Source: Eledone cirrhosa
Lineage: Eukaryota
NCBI GenBank assembly: GCA_964016885.1
Contig: OZ024743.1
Coordinates: 55,056,001-55,120,000 of the forward strand
DNA length: 64,000 nt
Direction of reading: 5' to 3'
Below the pieces are notes generated by a model, which was not told the origin of the DNA, did not search any database, and saw only the letters and a program-made list of their open reading frames with translations. Each line of letters opens with the position of its first letter. The stretch's first letter is position 1. A program made the translations under genes and the position numbers. Below are positions 45,715 through 58,367 of the stretch, one piece after another.

Positions 45715-45993
45715 CTAAACAAAAGAAATAGAGATTACAAAATATATGTATGTACGTATGTATGTACGTAGCATATGATTGTGTGTGTGTATATATATAT
45801 ATATATATAAACACACATACATACACGTCATCATGCAAAAGTATGTGTGCGCCTGTATGTATTTGTATATATATATATATATATATATAAACATATATAT
45901 ATATATATATAAACATATATATATATATACAAACATATATATATATATACAAACATATATATATATATACATATGCATATACATATACATATG

Positions 45994-46026
<33 letters not shown>

Positions 46027-46092
46027 GCATATATACATATCTACATATATATATATATACATATATATATACATATATATATACACACACAT

Positions 46093-46157
<65 letters not shown>

Positions 46158-46412
46158 TACATATGTATATACATATGTATATATATATGTATGTATACAC
46201 ATCTATATATGTACACACACAGACACACATCAACAATATAAACAACGACCAACGGTTAATTAGAAAACGTCATTTTCTCTGAACAAAATCGCCAAAGTCA
46301 TTTGACATTTCGTTTTAATTCTTGCCGTCTATTTAAAAAGGCAGCACGTACTTATGTTACGATGGTGTGTGTGTGTGTGAGCGTGTGTGTGTATGTGTAT
46401 GTGTGTATATGC

Positions 46413-46493
<81 letters not shown>

Positions 46494-46552
46494 TATATAT
46501 ATATATATATGTATGTTTTCTATACCTTTCATTCATATATATATACAGATAT

Positions 46553-46597
<45 letters not shown>

Positions 46598-46939
46598 TAC
46601 ACACATACACACACACATACACACACATATATATATATATACACATCTATATATATATATGTCTCTCTCTCTCTCTCTCTCTCCCCCCTCTCTCTCTCTC
46701 TATTATATATATATATAGAGAGAGAGAGAGAAAGAGAGAGAAACACACACACACACAATATATTAAGTACGTACTTGTGATATGATTGTGTGTGTATTTG
46801 TATGAGGAAATGTGTTTTCGTCGTTGTATGTTCGTATAAATGAAAGGAACATATTTGCATATATATGCGTTTGTGTATGTTGTGTACGGTTGGTGAGTTA
46901 AAGATGTCCACCCCCACATACAGCGCTGAACTCCACCCG

Positions 46940-46975
46940 TACTCACACCGCTAATCTCCCGACCTTTTATATACC
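46940..46975 (-). promoter_or_regulatory. Possible Pol II core promoter (TATA box plus Inr-like site)
   Basis: TATATAAAAGG on the minus strand at 46973-46963 within a unique GC-richer island, with TGAGT about 30 nt downstream. Confidence 0.3.
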
Positions 46976-47235
46976 GCTACATACAACGCCGGCACCCCAC
47001 CTCCTACATACAGTGCTGTCTCTTCCTCAGACATACACACACACCAACATACACCACTGGGCCCCCACACCAGCACACTACGCTGCCCGGCAAGCCGACA
47101 TTCAGGCAGAACAGCTATCTACAGCAACAATAAAAATGACAACAGCAGACGATAATGGTTTGGTGTGTTGAGGGGGGTTATGTAAAAGAGGAAGGCTGAG
47201 AGGGAAATAATGAAACGAAAAGTGAAAGTTGAAGT

Positions 47236-47304
<69 letters not shown>

Positions 47305-47727
47305 GGAGCGAGAGGTAGTGAGTTCGGGGTTGAATAACTGCAAATGAGAAAAAAAGAAAGAAAGAGAGAGATGGGGAAGAGTGAGATAGTCATTTAATGC
47401 AAAGGAATGGAAATGTGAAATGTAAAAAGATCAGTAACAAAGGGAGATAATAAGTAGTGAAAATGATGACGGAGAGCAAGTATGTGAAATCAGAACTAGA
47501 AAAATCGTGATATAAAATAGGACACCACAGAGAGAGGGAGGAGAGAGCTTGTGTGATAGATAAGTAGCTATACCAATGAGAGAGAAATGTGAAAGAAAGA
47601 TAGTTTCTAAGTTAAAGATAACCTGACAAATAAAGAGTAAAGATGAAGAGAGCAAATAGAAAAGTATGAGGCAAGCAATGAATGGTAGAAAGGGAAAGAT
47701 AGAGGGAATGAAATAATGAAATGAAGT

Positions 47728-47795
<68 letters not shown>

Positions 47796-48407
47796 AAGAA
47801 AGGAATAGAAAAAATAAAATTTAAGTAAAATATAAAAACATGAAAATGAATATACAAAAGCAAAGTGAGCGAGAGAGAGAGAACGAGAGAGAGAGAGAGA
47901 GAGAGAGTGAGAGAGAGAGAAATAGGGGGGGGGAGAATGGACACCTGTGTGTGTGTGTAGTGGGAGGGGGTGGAAGTAAGAGAAGGATATAGTATATATT
48001 AGGGAGAAAGAGAGGGAGAGTGTTGGTCAGTCTGTGAGAGATGGATAAGTCTGTGTTGAGAAGGAGACATAAAGATAGTGAAATTGGCTTTGTATGAGAG
48101 ATAGATAGAAGAGATGTGTGTGTGTGTTTATATGTATGTATATGTATGTCTATGTATGTATATATGTCTATATATGTATTTTTGTGTGTATGTATGTACG
48201 CATGTATGTATGTACGCATGTATGTATGTATCGATATATGCATGTATGTCTATGTATGTATCTACATATGTATGCCTATGTATGTGCGTAAGTGCGCATA
48301 TACGAATGTATGTATATGTATGTATGTGTGTGTGTATGTATGTCTCTGTATGTGTGTATGTATGTATGTATGTATGTATGTATGTATGTATGTATGTATG
48401 TATATGT

Positions 48408-48830
48408 ATGTAAGTCTCTGTATGTATGTATACATGTATGTATGTATATATGTATGTATGTATATGTATGTAAGACTGTATGTATGTATACATGTATGTA
48501 TGTATGTATATATGTATGTATGTATATGTATGTAAGACTGTATGTATGTATACATGTATGTATGTATGTATGTATATATGTATATGTAAGTCTCTGTATG
48601 TATACAATTATGTATATATATATATATGTATATGTATGTAAGTCTCTGTATGTATACATGTAAGTATGCATGTATGTATATATGTATGTATGTATATGTA
48701 AGTAAGTCTCTGTATGTATGTATACATGTATGTATGTATATATGTATGTATATATATGTAAGTCTCTGTATGTATACAATTATGTATATATATATATATA
48801 TGTATATGTATATAAGTCTCTGTATGTATG
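48408..48830. repeat. Higher-order (TATG)n-derived minisatellite
   Basis: Recurrent gtaagtctctgtatg / gtaagactgtatg anchors at roughly 55-65 bp spacing. Confidence 0.8.
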
Positions 48831-50019
48831 TATGTATGTATGTATGTATGTATGTATGTATGTATGTATGTATGTATGTATGTATGTATGTATGTATGTG
48901 AATGTGTGTATATATGTGTATATATACATACATAAGTGAAAGAGTGTGCAGGGGTAAGAAATAAAAGTATTTTGATAGAAGATTGCAATAGGCAGCGAAC
49001 ATTGGCTTACGGTAATCATTTGTTTGTGTAGCTGTCATTTATTTGTTGATATTCATGAACAGCTCTCTACAGCACAATGGCTCAATTTGAACTACGAAAT
49101 GAGTCAGGTCTTATTTGTATTCAACTCTGCTAACGTGACGCCGACACTTGTTGTCATATACACTGAACCTTGCATTCTATACATGGCTCCCAGCTTTTCA
49201 TAAGTACTACACTCACAAACACACACGCAACAGACACGTACATATATATATACACACAACACATACACATATACAGACAAGACATACACATATACACACA
49301 GACACACGCACTTACAGGCATACGCACATGCACACGCACACACATACAGAGTAACATACGCATATACATGCACATGCGCACGCATACATACACACAAACA
49401 CAAACACACAAACACATGCACACAAACACATACACGTACACGCATACGCACAGTTACATATATACACAAGACATACTCATATACACACATACACTCACAA
49501 ACATATGCACGTACTCGCATACGCACATGTACACACACACACACACAAACACATGCACACACATGCACATTCACACGCACACACAAACACATGCACGCAC
49601 AAGCACATTCACATGCACATTCACACGCACATTCACACGCACACACAAACATACGCACACACATGCACATTCACACGCACACACAAACACACGCACACAC
49701 ATGCACATTCACACGCACACACATGCACATTCACACACACAAACAAACACACGCACACACATGCACATTCACACACACACACAAACACACGCACACACAT
49801 GCATATTCACACGCACACACAAATACATACACAAAAACACACGCATATACATGGATATGCACATACACACACAAACACATTCACATAGTCACGCATACAT
49901 AGGCACACACGCGCTCACGTGAGCAACACAATGGCATACACAGACAGCGCACACATAATAAACATACAGACAACACACGTACATAGACATACAACACACA
50001 CAACACACACACACACAGA

Positions 50020-50915
50020 CACACAATACTTTACAGTACAGCACATACATACACACACACAGAACACACACACACACACACACAATACTTTACAGTACAG
50101 CACATACATACACACACATCCACTCACACACACACACACACTACTTTACAGTACAGTGAAGTACAGCACATACATACACACACACATACACTCACACACA
50201 CACACACTACTTTACAGTACAGTGAAGTACAGCACATACATACACACACACATCCACTCACACACACATATAACACAGTAGAGTGAAGTACAGCACATAC
50301 ATACACACACACATCCACTCACACACACACACACACTACTTTACAGTACAATCAAGTACAGCACATACATACACACACACATCCACTCACACACACACAC
50401 TACTTTACAGTACAATCAAGTACAGCACATACATACACACACACATCCACTCACGCACACACACACTACTTTACAGTACAGTGAAGTACAGCACATACAT
50501 ACACACACACATCCACTCACACACACACACTACTTTACAGTACAATCAAGTACAGCACATACATACACACACACACATCCACTCACACACACACACTACT
50601 TTACAGTACAGTGAAGTACAGCACATACATACACACATCCACTCACACACACACACTACTTTACAGTAGAGTGAAGTACAGCACATACATACACACACAC
50701 ATCCACTCACACACACACACTACTTTACAGTACAATAAAGTACAGCACATACATACACACACACATCCACTCACACACACACACTACTATACAGTACAAT
50801 GAAGTACAGCACATACATACACACACACATCCACTCACACACACACACTACTTTACAGTACAGTGAAGTACAGCACATACATACACACACACATCCACTC
50901 ACACACACATATAAC
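50020..50915. repeat. Minisatellite with a ~62-66 bp unit
   Basis: ctactttacagtacagtgaagtacagcacatacata(ca)ncatccact(ca)n repeated about 13 times. Confidence 0.9.
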
Positions 50916-51809
50916 AGAGTAGAGTATATTACACAAAACATACACATTACAGCGCATACACAGTACAGTACACACATATTTAGGCAAGCAGACACACATA
51001 TATATACACACTGACACATATATATATATACATAACACACACACATATATATACTCAACACACACAGACATATATATATACATAACACACACACACACAT
51101 ATATATATACTCAACACATATAATATATACTCAACACACACAGACACACACATATATACATAACACACACACACGTATATATATATATACATAACACACA
51201 TACACACATATATACTCAACACACACACACATATACTCAACACACACATATATATATATATACTCAACACACACACAAACATATATACTCAACACACACA
51301 AACATATATACACAACACACACACATATATACACAACACACACATACACACATATATATATATATATATATATACAACACACACAGACATACATAAAATA
51401 CACATATATACACACACACACACTCACGCCACAGTACAATACACACACTTTATATTACAGTGCAGTGTGTCACATACACAGCACATGTACACACGCAGTA
51501 CTTTATACAATAGAGTACACCCACAGTACACACACAATGCAGTACACCCACAGTACACACATACACGCAAACAGCACGCATACACATATAACACAGTACA
51601 GTACGAACAACACTACATTATACGATATACATAGCATATGCACACACACGTAATACATGAGAGTACGGTGCAATACAGGACATACACAGCTTACAGGCAC
51701 GTACACATACACATGCAATGAAGCTCATTACATTACAATATAAATACATATCACACAGCTCTCTCTCTCACACACACACACACGCGCGGACAGGCAGGCA
51801 TGGCCTCAA

Positions 51810-52075
51810 CCGCTGCAGCTGAAGATTTAGTCAGGGTTTGATGACTTGGTGTTCTGGTTCTTCATCCTATGCCATTTGTCCTTGAGGGTGGCTCTGCAGG
51901 TGTTTTCGAATGAGGAGACATCTTGGTCGATGTTGAGATGACAGGCGTTACGGGTGGACAACAGGCAATAGTCGATGTGACAGGCACCAAAGGATTTTTT
52001 CAACCAGTCCTTGTATCGCTTACTTGGTGCCCCCTTGTCACGATGGCCAGTGGAAATTTCACCATACAGCGTGAT
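51810..52075 (-). pseudogene. RTE (BovB-like) LINE C-terminal fragment
   Basis: ITLYGEISTGHRDKGAPSKRYKDWLKKSFGACHID matches the RTE motif LYGEL..G.R..G....RYKD.LK. Confidence 0.8.
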
Positions 52076-52346
52076 ACACATCTGCAACATACACGTCAAC
52101 ATACATCACCACCACCACCACCACCACCACCACCATAACCACCTCCATATCTACAATAATCGCAACAACGAACAACAACAAAATCATGTCGATAAAATAA
52201 GTACCAGACTAGAAAAAAAATAATTACTGGGTCGATATGATCAACTGAATCAAAGCGGTTCCCCAGCATGGCCGCAGCCTACAGATTGAAACAAGTAAAA
52301 GATATAAAAGCATATATGTGTATAAGAATACATAAACTTTATTATA

Positions 52347-52393
52347 TACTCCGATGAGACCGGCCTTGTGCTAGGATGAAACGATCGTAAGTG
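52347..52393 (+). ncRNA. Variant hammerhead ribozyme (CCGAUGA core)
   Basis: tact CCGATGA ... GAAA CGATCG TA agtg. Palindromic stem III, with one core substitution. Confidence 0.5.
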
Positions 52394-52955
52394 ATGAAAT
52401 GTTTTAAACACATTTTGATTGTTTATATATATATATATAGTAATAATAATAAATGTGGAGACAAAAATCCAAAGAGGGTTCGATAACAAGATCCCGTTAA
52501 GGGTGAAAGCAGCGATTCTTTGCTTAAACTTTAATTTGTTATTTTAATATATATATATAATTAGTTACATCAATGACATGTACAGGTACGTAAGTTTCGT
52601 TGAGATATTCATGGGAGGCTGAATGAATTGGGTTGTATAATAACCCGACGAAATTTAAGTACTTGAATCTGTCACTGTTGTAACTAATAATTCTTAACTC
52701 GTCCTATGGTCTCATTCTCTAACCCTTGGGTATTTATGCCAAATTTGTATTACTATATATATATATATTAGGTGAGATTAAACGCTGTCTTAGTGCTACT
52801 GCCAATTAAATACACATGTTTACGAAGAAGGGGCGTGTTTGAAAATTCGAAATACTGTTGCTTTAATTATCACTATTTATCACATTTTATGTGATGACTA
52901 TGAAATAGTTGAAAACGTCGGGTAAATTAACGGATACACACACACACACACACAC

Positions 52956-53013
<58 letters not shown>

Positions 53014-53249
53014 AAAACTCAGAACTCTGCCGTCGGGGATCATACTTTTTCCTATTTCCCACTCTACTACCCTAAGTATTGAGTACTCTGGTGCGTTATG
53101 ATCCATCTGGTTCCTTACCACAATTCCTTCGTTATATATATATATATTTATATATAGTAATAATAATAAATTAGAAGACTAAAATCCAAAGAGGGCTCGA
53201 TAAGGATAAATATATAAGAACCGTAGAGCAAATATTTATTAATCTGTTA

Positions 53250-53321
<72 letters not shown>

Positions 53322-53620
53322 AAAAATAGTGGTGTGACACACGAGTTGTGATATATTAGTAAAAAGGAAAATAAAATGCTGACAGATTTTTCCCAGTGAA
53401 AAATAGTTTAATTAGGAATAAGTATAAATTAGTAATAAGTATTGGTTAGTATTCAGTTATAGTTTTAAGTTTTTACCGGTTGCGCATTTCTAATGCTTTT
53501 TAAAAATAATTTAGAGATAGATTTTTGCTCGTGATTTTTACTCTGAACAATTTATACTTATTCCTAATTAAACTATTTTTCACTGGGAAAAATGTCAGCA
53601 TTTTCTTTTCCTTTTTACTA

Positions 53621-53697
<77 letters not shown>

Positions 53698-53711
53698 CAC
53701 ACACACGCACG

Positions 53712-53765
<54 letters not shown>

Positions 53766-53767
<2 letters not shown>

Positions 53768-54459
53768 GTTGTCCTCCGGTTTTCGCCGGGGTTACGCTCC
53801 TGGAGCACACTCGAACAATTAAACACCGCAAATATTGGACGTGGTCCATAAAATGCCTATATAACGTAAAATATAATAAATAAAAAAAGATGTAGCATCT
53901 TATGCGAAGGGGCCACCAAATGGCCGGCAAATACGGTATATTGTTATTAATTTATTACGGTATATTGTTATTAATTTAGCGTTAAAAATATTAATTGCCA
54001 CGAAAAAAGCTATCAAAGAATCGCGGAAGCTATTTACGATTTCACGAATATGCGGAGGTCTCCACGAACACCATAGGCACTGAGCTGGCCAGCTGCAGGT
54101 GTGAGCCCCGCGAGTTAGAGTGGCTCTTCCAGCGCATCTCCCTTGCCGTCTCCGGGGAAACACCTTCTCTATTCTGTCCGCCGGGGCTGTGGGGAGACAA
54201 GCCGATTATATTACGAATTCTGTTGAATAGTCTTAAATACTTCAATACTCTGGATAAATTGTATTGATGTAAGCTTTTAGTGGAGACCGCTTGTGATTTT
54301 CAATTGTATCTGAACTTTCACTATTGTCATTTTCTTCATCCATTTCCTCAGGTTCATCATTTTGTACCTGTATACTTATTATTTAGTTGTAAGGAAAATT
54401 CCTCGAATAACAAGAACCGCGAATATCGGGACCGCGAAGGCCGGGGGGAGAGTACACTA
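53766..54459. mobile_element. Tigger/pogo-like non-autonomous DNA transposon
   Basis: Ends cagttgtcctccggttttcgc.. and ..gaaccgcgaatatcgggaccgcgaaggccggggg..cacta. A related partial copy lies at 15740-15968. Confidence 0.55.
54060..54200 (+). pseudogene. CRE-like non-LTR element 3' fragment
   Basis: EPRELEWLFQRISLAV then (frameshift) RGN resembles the 'FQR.S.A..RGN' C-terminus of CRE-clade RLE elements. Confidence 0.55.
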
Positions 54460-54903
54460 TATATCAAAATGGATAAAGTCGGTTAGTGAAGAATAGAACA
54501 TTCGTAAGCACCCGAACTATAGGAGGGCTGACGAGAGAGAAATTTCTGTTTGTCCGTCTGTAGCATTACTGAAGTTATAGGACATTATTTATTAAGCATT
54601 TTCATATTATATATTCTCTAAATGTGTGTGAATGTGTGTGTGTGGGGTGTATGTGTGTGTGTGTGTTTATGAGTGGAAATTTGAATTAGAAGCCCTATCG
54701 CGGTATTTTCTTCTATAGTCAAAATTTGGCGAGAAGCATTTAATTCCATTTTCAACATTTCAGTCACTGTCTGAAGAAATCGTGTTAGAAATTGCATGAT
54801 AGCAACATTACGTAATTGAGGATAACACCACAGAAATATGTATTACAGCAAATTACGTAATAAAATGACTTGTAGAAATCCAGACTTCGCATTTTAACAT
54901 TAT

Positions 54904-54962
<59 letters not shown>

Positions 54963-54964
54963 GC

Positions 54965-55011
<47 letters not shown>

Positions 55012-55149
55012 TATAGATATATATTTGTGTATGTGTGTGTGTATTTATAACAATATATTTATGTGTGCGTATGTATATATACATATACATAAGCATATAC
55101 AAATATATATATGCATATATATATATATATATATATATATACGCATATA

Positions 55150-55187
<38 letters not shown>

Positions 55188-55509
55188 CGCATATATATAT
55201 ACATATATATATATGCATGTATTTATGTATAAATGTATATATGTATAAATATGTGCGTGTATATATATATGTACATATATGTGTATATATATACGTAGTG
55301 AATGTTGTAGACGGCAAGTAAACTCCTCAACGTGGCAAGTCTGTTGTGTTCAGATGCCAATAAAAAGTATTTTATTTCACTAATATACTTGGTAAAGAAC
55401 CGAACGTCACACTTCATAAACCTGCTCCCTTGTGTATATTTAAATCATTATAAACACATATGCGTACGTGTTGTGTTTGTATTAGTTGAGTGTTTACAGA
55501 TGGCATGTG

Positions 55510-55820
55510 AAGGCACGTGGCTTAGCTGTTGAGGATGCTACGTTCTTCATCTTATAGTCGTGAGTTTGATTCAGGGCATTGCGTTTTGTTCTTGAGCAAA
55601 CAGTTTATTTCATGTTACTGCAGTTCATTAAGGTAGAAAATATGAGAAACACCACTTAATTGAACGGCCACCCTTGTCGTTCCCTTTGTTACGCTGAATT
55701 TACTTGAGAATTATGCAAAGGTACACGTGTTTGTGGAAAGCACAGACATTTGAACGTTCATTTTAAGAGCTGACTTTTGATTAAACAACTGGAATATTCG
55801 TCGTTGAAAGCGACGGAAGT
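55510..55820 (+). mobile_element. Family B SINE
   Basis: aggcacgtggcttag..gtgagtttgattc..ttgagcaa..acgctgaat..gagaattatg. Confidence 0.7.
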
Positions 55821-56380
55821 TCAGCACACACACACACACGCATATACATACATACCCACACACACATGCATACATGCATTCATACATACACACATACATT
55901 CATACATACATACCCACACACATACATACACACATACACACATAATATATAATTACATACATACAAACGGACACAAATACATACATACATACATACACAC
56001 ACTCACATAACACACAGATATACACACATCCACACATATCACACATATATATACATGCTCAGGTAACGTCATGGCATCAGGTGTGAATGTCCATTTCGAT
56101 GAGACAGCTTTCAGTTGACGGTAATGTATTACATACTTGTATGCAAATTACAGAAATAATACAATACAGAGGCGTACACATGTGTGTGTTTGTATGTGTG
56201 TTTATATCTATGTATTAATGTGTGTTTCTATATACCTAGGTATCAGTTAGTGGTGTAAGACTGTACATACATGTATGAATGTGGGTGTAACTATAGCTGT
56301 GTACGTGTGTGTCTGCGTCTAGGTATGGAAAGGTTTGTTATGTTATATATATATATATATATATATATACAAATATAATT

Positions 56381-56549
56381 GTTTCTACTTTTGGCACAAG
56401 GCCAGCAATTAACCAGTGCATTACTGGTACTTTATTTTATCGACCTCCGTAAGGATGAAAGGCAAAGTTAACCTCGGCGCGATTTGAACTCTGAATGGCA
56501 AGGGGCGTAACTCTATACGTCAAAGCATAGTGTCCAACCCTCTACCGAT
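56381..56549 (-). mobile_element. Family A SINE
   Basis: Consensus match; the head end is truncated at a TA tract. Confidence 0.8.
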
Positions 56550-56559
56550 ATATATATAG

Positions 56560-57373
56560 AAATATAATTTCAGTGAGATCGTATTTCGGCGGTGGCCAAA
56601 AACAAAACGAAACGCAATCTTCGAGATATGCGGCAAGCGCTCAATGGACTAAAAGAAGACCAGAGCAATTAACATACGTTATAAAGGCCAGACAAAATGA
56701 AAACAGTAGTCGTGAAGCCATCAGCCACCGGAGCCAAAAAAACGAAGCAAGGTAAACAGGTTAACAAAAGAATTTACCTGGACCTCCTGGAAATTGTTGG
56801 TAAAATCCAGTGGGAGGTTTCTGTGACTTCTAAATCAATTATACTGCCTGCTTTCGTTGTAAGCTGTTGGTATAACGATCGAACAAGACAGCTATTTCGT
56901 CAACAGGTATTTTGTTCTCATCCGGCCAGCGGGTTCCAATACAGTAGTAATGGTGGAGTGACTACCCCACGTGTTTACCCTGCGAGGGATGTAACCCCGG
57001 TTTTAGGCAGATGCATTCAAAATGTGTAAATGTATTGCAAAAATTGCAAAACACTGCGCAAATCGAAGTCAGCTCTCAACCGGATTATTTTAAAATAAAC
57101 TTAAGCAATCAATTAGTCAATAGAATTGTCTAATTGAATTAACTAATTAATTGCTAAACCCGGGAAATTAATACAAATATAATTTCAGCGAGATCGTATT
57201 TCGGCGGTGGCCAAAACAAAACGAAACGCAATATTCGAGATATGCAGCAAGCGCTCAATTAACTAAAAGAAGACCAGAGCAATTAACATACGTTATAGAG
57301 ACCAGACAAAATGAAGACAGTAGTCGTGAAGCCATCAGCCACCAGGGCCAAAAAAACGAAGCAAGGTAAACAG
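56560..57373. mobile_element. Non-coding element with ~200 bp direct terminal repeats, inserted in (TA)n
   Basis: Repeats at 56560-56759 and 57175-57373, with gatatatatata on both flanks. A diverged relative lies at 2640-2960 (reverse). Confidence 0.8.
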
Positions 57374-57792
57374 ATATATATATAATGAAAAATAAAGGTT
57401 ACGGGCGAAAGAGAGGAGTATCCGTCATCAGTTGAAGGGGGGGGGGGACATGTAAATCAGAATAGAATCAGTTTTAAACTAGTTAGACCATTACTCAACA
57501 GGGTACTCGATAATAGAGTTGGTAGAGTATAGCTATATAATAAAGAATCGGAGCCGACGGCTGAGCTCTTGCCGATTCAACAGCTAATTCTCTATATATA
57601 TACATATATGCAGAGGTTATATTTAATTTGTTGGGATTCAACAAGCTTAAAAAATGTTTATAACTGATATAAAGCACTCAACAAATAAGTGGAGTAAATA
57701 CACAATATATTAATATTCCACTATCCATGAAGATCCAACCGTTCAGGTTGTTTTTTTCCGGGTATGGCAATATATATTTATTAAAAAATCTG

Positions 57793-57858
57793 TATTTTAT
57801 CTGATGAAAGCGCACCATAATTTGGATTGGTTGCCCTTGAAATATATATAATAAAATA
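57793..57858 (+). ncRNA. Hammerhead ribozyme (family 2, second copy)
   Basis: tattttat CTGATGA ... GAAA TATATA TA ataaaata. Perfect 8-bp stem I; stem II is weak. Confidence 0.65.
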
Positions 57859-57926
57859 ATATGGTTTTATAAATATAGTTTCCATTTATTAATTTATTGC
57901 ATATACATATATATATATATATATAT

Positions 57927-58228
57927 ATATTGTTATACTTTGGGAGGGCCATGTTGCCAATAAGAAACACACGCACCAGTTGCTTTCACTTCAATTTATT
58001 ATATATTTATAAATTTATAAATTTACAAATCTACAAACTTATAAATTTCTGGTTGGTTGGTTGGTTCCACAACCAGATAGTTGTTTATATATAGTCATAG
58101 TCCTTTCGTCACACACTCTGTGACCTCTTCAGTGACTGGGGATTCCTTTCTTTGTTTCTGTGCCTTTCCTTTCTTCTATCCTACGCCATTTTGTTTCTGT
58201 GTGTGTGTTGTGTGCTCAGTTTGCGCAT
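57927..58228 (-). repeat. 3' pseudo-LTR of the PLE
   Basis: Direct repeat of 62017-62319 at an offset of about 4091 bp, essentially identical. Confidence 0.95.
58093..58137 (-). ncRNA. Minimal type I hammerhead ribozyme (PLE 3' pLTR)
   Basis: Minus strand reads AGUCA-CUGAAGA-G-GUCACA gagug UGUGAC-GAAA-GGAC-UA-UGACU, giving the core, stem II and stem I pairing. Confidence 0.85.
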
Positions 58229-58367
58229 GCGCCACATCCGGGTGTCTGTGTGTGTTTGTGTTCATTTATCTATTTGTTTATTTATTTATTTATTTATTGT
58301 TGGTTGGTTGTTTGTTCTATGTGTGAGTGTGTTTTCATTTTGTCCTGTGTGTGTTTTCATTTTGTCC

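Noticed and set aside
50020-50915. CRISPR-like repeat/spacer appearance
   Set aside because: The spacers are (CA)n variants rather than unique sequences, the context is eukaryotic, and there are no cas genes.
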